DNA from: Octopus sinensis | Taxonomy: Eukaryota | Assembly (NCBI RefSeq): GCF_006345805.1 | Contig: NC_043014.1 | Location: forward strand, 29,636,001 to 29,700,000 | Direction of reading: 5' to 3' | DNA: 64,000 nucleotides | Shown: in pieces, positions 26,300-38,364 of the stretch | Layout of the letters: the number at the start of each line of letters is the position of its first letter | Numbering within the stretch: the first letter of the stretch is position 1 | Program-made: the position numbers and the translations under genes | The notes under the pieces: model-generated | What the model was told of the DNA's origin: nothing | The model's database searches: none | The model's input: only the letters and a program-made list of their open reading frames with translations

Positions 26300-27200
26300 T
26301 TGTGATCTCTTTAGTACACCTTCATCTTACTAACTGGTGAGGTTGGTACAGTAGATGTTCATTTTAAACTTCTGTAGGTTGTTGTTTGTAGGCCTAACAT
26401 TTGTTCTGACTTGACTGTTTTAGTTCTTTTTGTGTTGTTCATACATAGTGAAGGTGTAGTTCAAATCTGTTTCTTGATATGGCTGATGGATGTATTTTTG
26501 TGCTTTTGAAAGAGACTAGATGGGAAGATCACTTTCAAGTCCTTGAAAACAACACAAGTCTAGTGTGGAGTATTTAGTTTGTATTAAGTTGATGCTTGTG
26601 AGCAGGAAATTAAGGACAAGTGAAGAGTGATATCATATGCATAGGATCCTGTATGGTCAGAATTAGCAGGAAGTATGTCATAAATGTACAGACAGAGGAA
26701 TGTTAAGAGAACTTTGGAGTACACAAGAGTTGATAGAATGCAAGAAATATCTTCATAATGTCTGAAATAAAGTCTTTGATCCAAGAAATACAAAAAATGG
26801 ATGGAAGCTATTAGTAAGGAGATTTCTTTGTCAGACAGATAATTTATTGATGTCAAGAGTAGCAGAAACCATGCTTTTCATAAACTTCACAAGTGTGTGA
26901 TACACGTGTGGTGTGGCAAAGAGACCAATAGATCTTGCTCTATAGAACACCTTCTATTACTCACCTTAGGGCTCCATCCACTTTCTAATTCTTGGGTCAG
27001 AAGCTTACATTTAGCAAGCAATTCAGTGTGCAATGATGGAAATTCCTCCATCTTGCATACTATCAACTCCTGTGTGCTCCAATGTTTGATTATTTTCCTG
27101 ACTTTCTATACATTAATGAAATAGTTTTCATGCATCCCCTCAATATTTCCAAACTTTCTCATATCTGACCTAACTTTCACATGTTCACTTTCACTACATA
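26300..27200 (-). mobile_element. CR1/L2-group LINE RT remnant
   Basis: NYLSDKEISLLI..VYSKVLLTFLCLYIYDILP..SYAYDITLH is a degenerate form of SFLSDR..VPQGSVL..LFLLYINDL..SYADD.TLH. Confidence 0.6.
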
Positions 27201-27573
27201 AACTACCTTAATTACTTCTTTACACTTTGGTTTTATTTATACATGGAGTTGTTTGTTATTCTACAATACCCTTCCAAAAGCTTCGTTTGAGTCTATATTT
27301 TGTGGTTTCTACCAACTAGCAGAAGTATTCTGTCATAAATTATTTATAAATGATGATGATGATGATATTTGATGAAAAAAATTGAAACTTAATGTACAAT
27401 CAACCTGTCTGAGCAGGTTAAAAAACCTCATTCACAATGTGCACCTTACAACCATTATATTGTATTAGCAAATTTCATCACTTCTGAACATTGTGAGTTA
27501 AATCGTATAGTGGAAGTAAAGTTAATCATTGAAAACCTGAATATGATCTAAAATGTGACTTTTCCATTATGTC

Positions 27574-27655
27574 TACACCTGCTAGTGTATAATATACACC
27601 TGCTAGTGTATAATATACACCTGCTAGTGTATAATATACACCTGCTAGTGTATAA
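27574..27655 (+). repeat. Perfect 21-bp tandem repeat, about 3.9 copies
   Basis: TACACCTGCTAGTGTATAATA at 27574, 27595, 27616 and 27637. Confidence 0.97.
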
Positions 27656-28179
27656 CCATTGTTTTATGAATGAAATAAATAACATTCTCTGTCATTGAGA
27701 TATAGCTTTGTATTCAAAACTGAAAGAAATAAAAGTTACACAGTGGAAATATACACCATTATAAACATGTTTCTGAGTCCAGGTACTGTACCAAAGAATT
27801 GGGTTCCAAAGTCTTTTAGTCAAGTACTTCCAACTCAGTTTCATGGTTCATAATTATTTACATATATTTCTTTTTCAAGCTGGCCTAATTATGATAGGTT
27901 CCACACTGTATTTTTTATCTATTTTTTCTTTAGGAAAACTTCTAACTGCAACAATTACTAAGTCAGTTATTATGACACCTTTGCATAGATTCATTATCTA
28001 GCAATGATTAAACTTACTTTGCATGCTCATATTTAATTTTCACTACATTTCAGTGCTTTGCTTTGTCGGTCTATTCAAATTTAGCTTCTAGTTTAAAGTG
28101 AGATGACACACATTCTTTTATTTTGTATTATATTTATAGTTAAATAACCCCAATTTCTAATGGAGCATTTAATTGAATG

Positions 28180-28480
28180 AAACCTGTTGTGTTTGTGTGT
28201 GTGTGCGTGTGTGTTTCATGTCCACTTCTCTTAACATTGCATGCTAATTGTAAACAAACATCTCTCATACAACTTGTGTGGTTCACTTGCAGTTTTCTTT
28301 GAAATCAAGTCCAATTAATGTGCTGTCCATAGTTAAAGGACGGTGGTAAACATTACCTTGCTTGGGATTAGGTGAGAGTTGGCAACAGGAAGAACATCTG
28401 GCAGTAAAAAAAATCTGCCTCAGTGAATTTCATCTGAGCCAAGCAAGCATAGAAAAGTAGTTACTAAAATGGTGATGAGG
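28180..28480 (+). mobile_element. SINE 3' portion with RTE-like tail
   Basis: GTTGGCAACAGGAAGAACATCTGGC..CAAGCATAGAAAAG..GATGAGGAT; related fragment at 43440-43510. Confidence 0.5.
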
Positions 28481-31400
28481 ATAAATCCATTGTAGCCACC
28501 ACTACTGGTGTCAAAATCATTTTAGTTATATAAGAATGCACAAACAAGGAATTCTGGAATCTGAAATTGTTATTTATCAGGCTAGAACTAAATGTTGTTC
28601 TGGCCTGACAAACAACTGTTGAAACAAATAAATGTTAAAAGATAAGGTTTATCATAATTTGAAAAAAATTTCTGACAGAAGTAATATCAAAAACACATTA
28701 TGGTTCCTTGGTTTTTACTTCTCTTATCCAATTTTGAAAAAAATTTATTTTTAATTCTCGAAAAAAAAAAGAAAAAAAAAAATCAAGGACAAATATGTTG
28801 ATAATTTTAAAAAGTGACTAATTTCCATATCACTTTTCATGATATGACGAAGATATATTATGAATCATAAATTACTATTTATAGTAAAAGTTGTTGCTTT
28901 AAGTTCCGTATCATTGTCCTCTGGAGATATTTGGGATTGTGACCTAGCTGTTGTCAAGCCTACAAAATAATGAGGACGTTGAGTTGGACTAGATGATATT
29001 AATATCAAGGATAAGAATAGTTGTATAAAACTTAAAAGGAGATATTTTAAAGAGCAGACACTGTTTATTTATGAACATTCACGTTCAAATCCTATCGAAG
29101 TTGACCTTGCTTTTCATCCTTACAGGATGGTAAAATAGGTACCAAAATTTCTTGGTTTGTGCTCTTTTAAAAAATCATTTTTAGACTTTACTAAAATAAA
29201 AAATTTATTTTTAGATGTTGTTATGAACTTTTTAAAATGGTATATAACATTTGTGCAGTTAATGAAAAGGTTATTTTAAAGAAACAACCATAATCTTTAA
29301 AATTCAGCCAAATTTCAGTTAAAATAATTTTCAAATATGCCTGGGTGTTGACATACATTAATAGGATTACTTTCACTGTTTATTAGATTGTTTTTATTTA
29401 TTTATTAATATTTTTAAAATACTCTTTTTTAATATCTACTCTCATAAAAATCTAGTAAGAAATTAAATTGTTTTATCAACTTTCATATTTTAATTATGTA
29501 AGTGAATTACCAAAAATTAGACAATTTTTAGATATACATTCAACATGATGTGATATAAATAGATTTTAGAAATAATTTAAACAATAATCTATTCTATCCA
29601 CATATTTATAGCTTTTTAATGTTTGCTGACAATTCTTATGTTTTAAATTTCAAGAATTTCAATGAGACTGCACATTTCTGTTAAGATTGTTTCGTTCTAA
29701 ACTAAAGATCTTTAAAGATCCATTCTTTTTATTATCCAAGATAATATAATGGACATGAGATTGGTTTTTATGTTTGTTGACTCTGCATTTAGGGTAATAA
29801 GTATTTTGTGATCTGAGCAAATTACAACACTAACCTTAGATAATATACATCATTCTTATTATGTTCTTGCCAAATATTCATATCATTATTGTTTGCTTTT
29901 TAGCAGCCTATCTAATATACTCGCATGTGTGTATGTGCACATACTGAATACAAATAATTCATTGAAGTTACTAATTTATTAGTATATTCACTGCTTATGC
30001 ATAGTCTACAGTATTTAATTCATACATAAGTGTCCCATTTTTGTGTTTAACTGACCAAGTGTATAAGACATTAAGTATCCAGCTGAGAGTTCAGTAGTTT
30101 GTATCCTTTGCCCAAATGATTTATTCTTAAATTGTTCAGTCAACTGAATAAAAAAATGTTACCTGCAGGGTGTATACCACCCTTTGCTTTAAACAACTCT
30201 TATAGCTTAGTCACATCTTAACCCCTAATTTATGTAATTCATTTTTCACAGTTAGAAACCAGGGCCTTGAATCAAGCTTTCATTTTTAGCCCCAAATTAA
30301 GCTGTACTGTATCAAATTCTCAGCAACAATTTTGTTTCCATGTTGCTGTTTAATGTACATCTTTTAATGACTATTAGTTCTGCAATATCACCACTGGTCT
30401 CAAACAAAATATGGCTTCAACTAAACTGAAGCAACATACAGTGCTCACTTTCTCCAGTGGAATGTACAAGATATAAGGGCAGTAACTCCAAACAGAAAAA
30501 TAAAGAAAATAAAACTAAATGGAAACAGCTATACATCACCTACAGTACCCCAGTCACCTACTTTTTATTAAGTGAGCAGTTTTTAGAATTTCAAAGAGTT
30601 TTTTTTACATACATACTTCAGTATCTTGAAAGAAGGGACACCTCATTTAGTCAAAACATTGATAATCTTGGGAATCCAAAGGATCTCATTGATTTCTTTC
30701 TTACTCAATATCTCCCTGAGAATAGCCATCTCCATTCTTAATTTTTTTGTCTAGGATCTGTGGAGGTGTGGGAATATAATTGTGTATTCCACAACTTTCA
30801 GCTCATTAGAATCCTTGATGAATCATTGGAATATAACAGTTCAGAAAGTAACGTCTTAGAGAATATTCATACTTTGATATGCTCTCATCATTGCTACAGT
30901 TTCTGCTGTTTAAGTGCTTTTGACAACTCTCTTTATTCTTTTTGACCAATTTGTTGGAAAGCAGTCACCTCTACTTCTAATGGCGAAGATGATGTTGCCA
31001 CTCTAACTTTTATACATTCTGCCTTTCTCTTCTTCATAAATGAGCTAAGTTCACTAATATCAAAACTAAAATCTGGTTTTTTGGGGCAGTCCAATTTATC
31101 ATGTTGCCACTCTAAAATGCCCATCCTCAAGGCTGGTGAGAGGCACATCATTCTAAGCTATTAGCTTTAGTATATGTAGATCATTATGATTTGTGATCTC
31201 TACTTGATGATTTTGTTAACTTGTTTTATACATTCTGCCTTTCTCTTCTTCATAAATGAGCTAAATTCACTATCAAAACTAAAATCTGGTTTATGGGGGC
31301 AGTCCAATTCACTTTATCATGGGCATATCTCAATGAAGTTGTTTCAGCATGGTTGAGTTTCTTCTTTTCCAATTTGTGAAGCTGGGACAAGAACAGACTT

Positions 31401-32814
31401 CAAATCATCCACTACTTACTTGTTCTGGTTGACAAATATAATATTGCTTTTTTGCTGAATATCCAGTTCAGCATATTAGAACTTGAGGATTCTTCCAACT
31501 TCGCAACAAGTGTAGATTAGATGTCAACAATAAAAGGCTCTCTAAAAAATGTTGGTGTTCCACTTTCTGTGTAACTTTCTTTATCATACAAAGTAAAAAT
31601 AGCTTAGTCACAGCTTAACCCCTAATTTATGTAATTAATTTTTCACAGTTAGAAACCAGGGCCTTGTATCAAGCTTTCAGTTTCAGCCCCAGGTGATGGT
31701 AACTGATAAACAGGCCTGTATGTTTCTTTACCTTGAAGGAAAGCTGTTAGAAAACTGTAATACCACTCACTAAGGACAATTACAGCTAAAATGACTATAA
31801 ATATTGAGCATCTTCATCTTGAATTCCTCTGTCTGCAAGTGTAGCCTTGACAGCCTCATTACCTTGAATAACTTTTTGTGTACAAACCCATTATGTAGTA
31901 ACCTTGCTTTGACCATTGTTAGGTAAAACAGTGTATATCTTCTTGATCCAGTTTGGAAACTCCTTTTCCTTAACTAGCTCAACAGATATGTCTATTACAA
32001 ACAAGCAACTTCTTAGACAGCTCCTTCAGGCCCATCAATTTCAAGATAGGATCCTAAGAATCTATAGCATTCTAAACAAAAGGGTCACACATTTCTTAAT
32101 TCATTACTACTCACTAACAGTTTGCAGTTTATTCTTGGCTCAGTTTTGGGAAGTTAGATGTTTATCTCTGATCAGTAACTGACCTCTTTCACCACAATTG
32201 TTTTGACTACTTTAACAAGTCATGTTATTCATAAACACCATCACATCATTCTCTTCTGCAAATATACCCACTTAGTCAGCTTTGTTTGATTTTTGTTAAA
32301 CTTGTGTGCGTTTACAAATGATCTTGCATCAAATGCTCTTGTATGTTCTGCCATGTTTGATCAGTACCTGTTTTGAGCAAGAGCTGGTCTTATTTGCTGT
32401 CTAAAAGCTCTTCTAAATTTATCAATAGATTCACTTTCAATGCAGGCTTTTTTAGCAACATACATTGCATTCAAATTATTTATAATGGTCTGTCATGGAG
32501 ACTCCCCATAAAGTTGGTAGCAGTCAGTAAACTTGGACTGTTTCGCTACCCCAAATATACTTGTAAGGATTATGTTGTGTATTTTTGGCATCCACAGACT
32601 AATCCACAGCAACTTTAAAAAGTAGTTCTCACATTCACAATTATATTTTGACACATATCTCTGAAGTCTTGGTTGTCAAAGTTCCTTCCATTGCTAGTCA
32701 GAAAATTCTTAGATGAATCATTACTTTTTTTTTTTTTAGTAATCCTCATGGCCACGCTATTTGATTGTATATGTCGAATTTCTTTCTGAATACGCACACA
32801 CAATGAGATTTGTT

Positions 32815-32935
32815 CAGTTTCCATTTACCAGATTTACTCACAAGGTTTTGGTCAACCTGGGACTTCAGAAGACACTTGCTATACAGTGGGACTGAATCTG
32901 AAACCCTGAAATTAATAAATAAACTTCTTAACACC
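32815..32935 (-). mobile_element. tRNA-derived SINE fragment inside copia remnant 2
   Basis: CACAAGGTTTTGGTCAACCTGGG..GAAGACACTTG..GTGGGACTGAA matches the copy at 42790-43022. Confidence 0.7.
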
Positions 32936-34161
32936 AGACATGCTTCTGCCTATTCATGCCTGTATCTCTGGTAAATATCACAAGTGGAAAAGAATTCTTT
33001 AAACATTGAGAAATTTTTCATTCTTTATGTCAGAATTCTCAGCCAAAGTACTTGTCCTGTAACCACTAGGGCAACCAAACAGCCAATACAATTTTGTTGC
33101 AGTCGTAATATTTTTCTCTTGAGTTTTCTTGTTTTCCTTGATACAACTTTATAGCTCTCACTCTCAGTGGACATTTGTTTTCATAAAAGGCATACAATAA
33201 CAATTTGGAGAAGTAGTTCTCTGTTTCAATTTCCTTTGGTTTCATTACAGACAGCAAGAATATATACACATCCATAATGTCAGCACTAATATCACTTCTA
33301 ATGGCACTTAGTAATGCTAGGAAGAACGAAAAACCTTTTTTTAGAAAGATTTTTTTTTACTGGTTCCAAATTAAAATGTCCTCTTGCCTTTTCAACTTTC
33401 ATTTTTAGTTGTACTTTATGAGGAATAGTTTCAATAAAACATTCAAACTAATTTAAACTGTCAATTGTAGCAGCAGTTCCTGAGTCTAGGACCACACAGC
33501 CAATATTTTTTACTAAGTAGTGACATATTTGATATCTTCTTATCATTCTGCAACATCAAGAATCCTTGTAACCATCTTAATTCATCATAAATCAAAAAAA
33601 TAATGTGTCATGCTAAGTTATCAACTTGTTTCATATTTCTCTCATTCCAGTTTTTGACCCAAAGGTAATAGACCACATATAGTGCATGCTTGTGGTCTAC
33701 CATCAGGACAAAATGAATTAGTTCTTGAAGAATTGCAAGAGAATGACCTGTTTTCCTCAATCTTCTGTACCCTTCCTCTTCCACCTTTTTTTTCTGTAAT
33801 ATAAACCACCTCCACATTGACATTTTGACTATCTGTCATAATAATCTTCACCACTACCTTCTCACTCAACATTTTTCTCTGAAGTGGCTCCTTCTTTAGA
33901 ATATGCCATTGTTTCCTTCTTAACTTGAATGTTCCCAGAAATGTTTGTTACTGAACTATTTATTTTCTATCCCCAATATAACATTACTGAATTGTGTAAT
34001 CATTGCTTTGAATGTTAGATCACTTACTGTGACTTTTACAAGTTGTTCATTCTTTTCTGTCATATTTGCACTTTACAAACTATATATGCTAGCTAAGGTT
34101 CAGAAGAGATATTTTGAATACTTTCAATTGTGTGATCATTCTCTCAATTGAATAATCTGCT

Positions 34162-34806
34162 TTGTAGTAAAGATTGTTTGCCAACATAACATGGCAGTCC
34201 TGGCTTAGGATGAATGTTGCTGTAATTTAGCCCCAGGAGACATCATATCCAGCTGGCTATATGACACAATCTGTGTCCTTATATTTTCGAACAAGGGGAT
34301 CTAGCACCCCCACTCAGCTCAAAACAATATCTGGGGCTAAATTACAGCAACATTTGTCCTAAACCAGGACTGCCGTGTTATGATGGCAAATAATCTTTAC
34401 TACAAAGTACTGTTGCTGAACATCTCTCGTGAGATTTAAAAAATAGTAATTTTCTAATTTATAGATCAGTGACTAGTTGTCACTTTGAAAACTATATATT
34501 GTGAACAGGAATTTGGCAGTGCCACCTCTAGCCAAACAACTATTCTGTGCTGATGAAGGGAAATAACCTGGAAATCGTAATACACAAATATTGTTTTGAG
34601 CTGAGTCAGGGTGCTAGATTCCCGTTTAAAAATATGACACAGATCGTGTTGTATAGCCAGCTGGATACAATGTCTCCTGGGGCTAAATTACAGCAGCATT
34701 CGTCTTAAGCCAGGACTGCCATGTTATGTTGGCAAACAATCTTTACTACAAAGCACTGTTGCTGAATATCTCTTGTTGTGAGATTTAAAAAAATAGTAAT
34801 TTTCTA
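34162..34806 (+). mobile_element. Retrozyme-like non-coding insertion: inverted segment plus about 1.4 tandem copies of a ~350-bp monomer, 11-bp TSD
   Basis: TSD AATAATCTGCT (34151-34161, 34807-34817). 34158-34330 is the reverse complement of 34588-34755; 34331-34456 repeats at 34677-34806. It interrupts the copia gag at the IADY motif. Confidence 0.8.
34541..34590 (+). ncRNA. Minimal type I hammerhead ribozyme-like motif
   Basis: Helix I TATT(C)TGTG / CACAAATA; core CTGATGA 34550-34556; short stem II AGG/CCT plus an extra G; GAAA 34571-34574; 2-bp stem III AT-CGTA-AT; NUH triplet ATA at 34580-34582. Confidence 0.65.
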
Positions 34807-35441
34807 AATAATCTGCTATTGGTATATTTACTAGTCTAGAACACCACTTAAAATTATCATAACCTGAGTGTTTCTTGATTAGAGACCTCAACTCCTTTAA
34901 TTTCTCATACAGATTTGTAAGGCCATCTTTTCTATTCCATTTCTCTTGATTCATTTCCTAAATGGCTTCTCTAGCTTTGCCTCTCAAGGTGGGATATACA
35001 TTAGCTTCAAACTTTTTAATGTTGCATACTGCTTCCTAATAAACCACTTCTTCGTGCCACATGTTATGCTTTTCAGAAAGTTAACTTTTTTTTTAGTAAC
35101 TACACTCTGCTAGCACTGTTAAACATTGTAAGAATATCTTCACTTGACAAGGCAATTATACTGTTACAACTCTTCTGCAAAAGTTTTCTTTTGATGTTAT
35201 GAGAAATTTAAAAACAAAAACATTTGTTTAATGTGTCTTGGTTCTACAACACCACTGTTGATAAAACATGGCTACAGCCAAAATAAAACAAAGCAAAAGG
35301 CCACTCTGAGTTATTTCTCTTAGTTCATTTTTATTAAATTTATGCAAATTAACCTAGCCCATAAATGTGGTCTACTCTTTTTGTACATGTCTGTCCCACT
35401 TGACTGCTGGAGACAGGTTAGGACAGTTGTTGTGATGATAA

Positions 35442-37480
35442 CACTGGACAACAAAGATTTTGCTACTGGGATAAGAGCATGTGTTTTAGACTAAATCGAG
35501 GATGTTGATTCCAAATCTGCACTCAGAACTGTTCTAGTAAGTCAGAATTTTGAGTTATGTGCATGCACAAGATTATAACTGTACATTCAACTAGATACAG
35601 GCCATATTATAAAATTTGCTCAAATGAAAGCAGTCTTAATTCAAAATTAAAGAAATAACGGCAATAAAACAAACGATGAGAAAGTTCATTATTTAGTTTA
35701 GCAATAGATGGCGCAGACGTATTGTGTGCAAGCACCAAATATGTCAGTTTGTTCTTGGTAACTCTCAGTGTCATTTGCGCTGCTGTCATATGTAGTATGT
35801 GTATCTCACGCTCTACGTGATTACTGTTTGAACTGTGTTCATTGTGTTAAATCACGAATAGGAGAGGCTGTGTGAATCACCCTGACAACTTTTGTTGTCT
35901 GTGGAAAATTTGCTCCGCATGACCAGCAGAAAACATTGCCACCAAATTAAAAACTGCCTATAAATATTATTTCAGGTGTAAAGTTGAGGGCCAAGACAAG
36001 AGATGGGCACCTCATATATGCTGCACCATGTGTTACTCAGAACTTACATTGTGGCTGAATTGAAAACAGAGGGGAATGCCTTTTACTGTACCAGTGGTGT
36101 GGTGTGGTGTGGTGTGAGCCAACTAATCATGTCTCTAATTGTTACTTTTGCATGACTAATATTAGTGGTTTATCAAAGAAAACCAAAGCAAAAATTGTGT
36201 ATGCAGATTGTAAGTCAGCTCTAAAACCAGTCCCACATGACTTCAAGAACCCTGTCCCAGTTCCCCTCTCACATGCTTTACCTGAAGACCTTGACACATC
36301 CCTGTTTCTCCTATCAACGAAGAGTACTTAGTTGATTCTAAGAAAAATGAGCCACACTTGTTTAATCAAGATTTGAACAATTTAGTAAAAGACCTAGCAT
36401 TGTCGAAGGAAAAGGCAAAGGTTTTGGGATCCAAACTTCAACAATGGAATCTCCTACAACAAGATACGAAAATTTCCATTTTTCGTTCTCCCCATAAAGG
36501 CTTATCTGTCTTTTTCAAGCAAGAAAATTATGCTTGTTTCTGTGCTGACATTAATGTACACTTGCAAAAACTAGGATGCGTGCATGTGGCTAACAAATGG
36601 AGATTGTTTACAGACTTGAGTAAGGTTAGCCTTAAAGCTGTGTTGTTTCATAATGGTAATGAAAAACCTTCCATTCCTGTGGGTCATGTTGTTGGTATGG
36701 AAGAAACTTATGAATCAATGGAACTCATTCTGAAAAGAATTAATTACTCAGTTCATAAGTGGAATATTTGTGATTTGAAGGTGATTTTCCTCCTTCCAGG
36801 ACTGCAGCTGGAATATACCAAAAATATGTGCTTCTTGTGTGTTTGGAACAGCTGCAACGACTGCAATCATTACACTGTAAAAGACTGACCTATAAGAGAA
36901 TAGTGCATAGTTGGTTGGTATAATGTGCAGCATATGCCACTAGTAGACCCACAAAAGATGTTTCTTCGACCCTTTCACATCAAACTTAACCTCATGAAAA
37001 ACTTCGTAAAAGCAATGACAAATGATGGTTGTGGTTTCCAGTACCTAAAAGTAAAATTTGGTACAGAGAAAAGTGATGCAGAACTGAAGGCAGGCATTTC
37101 CATTGGACCTGAGATCAGAGAATTAATATCTGATAGCATATCCAGAGGTAAACTGAATCCACTTGAGCTGATGGAATGAGATTCATTTGTGTTAGTTGAA
37201 CAGAACTTTCTTGGACATCATCGGGCTGAAAACTATGCTGATTTAATAAACAACATGCTAACATATGAAAGAATGAGATGCTGAATGTCCCTTAAAATGC
37301 ACTTGCATTCTCATCTCGATTTTTTTCCAATGTATCTTGGTGCCATTAGGACATATCTGTGATGAAAACAAGGTATCAAGGCCGGTTCAATCTACACATG
37401 ATGGGTGACTACTGCTGGTTCCTACAACAGGAGACCAGCACAATGCATAAGTGCAAGAGCAAGTGTCTCGAACATTTCTG
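35442..37480 (+). mobile_element. Chapaev3-type (CMC superfamily) DNA transposon with near-complete decayed transposase
   Basis: TAA|CACTGG left end. Chapa-like CVNHPDNFC..QDKRWAPHICCTMC..VWCEPTNHVSNCYFC; core WRLFTDLSKVSLKAVLFHNGN, HIKLNLMKNFVKA, HSHLDFFP, RYQGRF..MMGDYCW. Right end not found. Confidence 0.8.
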
Positions 37481-37632
37481 AGCTTAGCATATAAAAAATA
37501 AAGTGAGTATTCCCTTAATATTCATTATATTATAATACTATCTGCCTTGAACATATATATACTCTATACAGTACTAATATACTATTATAATAATTATTTA
37601 CCTTGAACTTAACTACTCCTGATACTAATATA

Positions 37633-38350
37633 CAGGGTCTCCCAAAAGTCACTGATGAATTTCAATTTTTAATAACTTACTTAACTCTACAAATAAATGC
37701 ATGAAATTTTGATACAATATGAAGAACATTGGAAATTAATGTGCGCATATCAAATTTTACAACACCACTACATCACATATGAAAAATGACATTGTTTAAA
37801 TGGCAGCTATCTTTGGCTTTGCACACCCGTGCCCTTTCCAAAACCTGCACCATAACACCCTCAAGAGTTTCAGACACCACTTCTCTGATTTCTCTATTGA
37901 TGTTCTCCTTCAGTTGCACAAAGGTCTCTGATTTGTTGATGTGAACTCTCTCTTTCAGGTATCCCCCACAAGAAAAAATCTGGACTAGTCAAGTCTGGGT
38001 AACGTGAAAGCCAATTGACATTGCTGTTGCAGGAGATTATTCTCTATCCAAAGCACTACTTTAGCAACTGCATTCTTTCTCTAGCGGTATGAGTGATTGC
38101 CCCATCGTGCTGGAACCATGTATGAGGTCTACTCTGAATGGCCATATGTTCTCCATACTTGACTTGCCCGGATTTTTTTTGTGGAATACGTGAAAGATAG
38201 AGTTTACGTCAACAACTGAAGGAGACCATGAATAGAGAAATTGGAGAAGTGGGGTCTGAAACTCTTGTGGGTGTTATGGTGCAAATTTTGGAAAGAGCAT
38301 AGGCATGCAAAGCCGAAAATGGCTGCCATTTAAGCAATGTCATTTTTCAT
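37633..38350 (-). mobile_element. Tc1/mariner DD41D (rosa-type) transposon 3' part, followed by an inverted partial copy
   Basis: TA|CAGGGTCTCCC end. WFQHDGA..SRYPDLTSPDFFLWG has 41 residues between the catalytic Ds. About 38160-38350 is a diverged reverse complement of about 37787-37995. Confidence 0.8.
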
Positions 38351-38364
38351 AAGAGCACTGCACA

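Larger units (their letters stand above)
30580..35120 (-). mobile_element. Ty1/copia-order LTR retrotransposon remnant 2 (gag, protease, INT, RT, RNase H), with nested insertions
   Basis: GKAREAI..DGLTNLYEKL (gag), CTICG knuckle, VVLDSGT (PR), NLNAMYVAKKACIESES..FRQQIRP (INT), WVCTQK..AFLQGK..KPDFSFD (RT), SKRIKRVVKST and ILREILSKKEINEILWIP (RH). LTRs not identified. Confidence 0.85.

Noticed and set aside
28895-29140. Coding-looking stretch SVSLSSGDIWDCDLAVVKPTK
   Set aside because: Three in-frame stops follow, there is no donor, and it runs into a SINE fragment; probably an unclassified decayed repeat.
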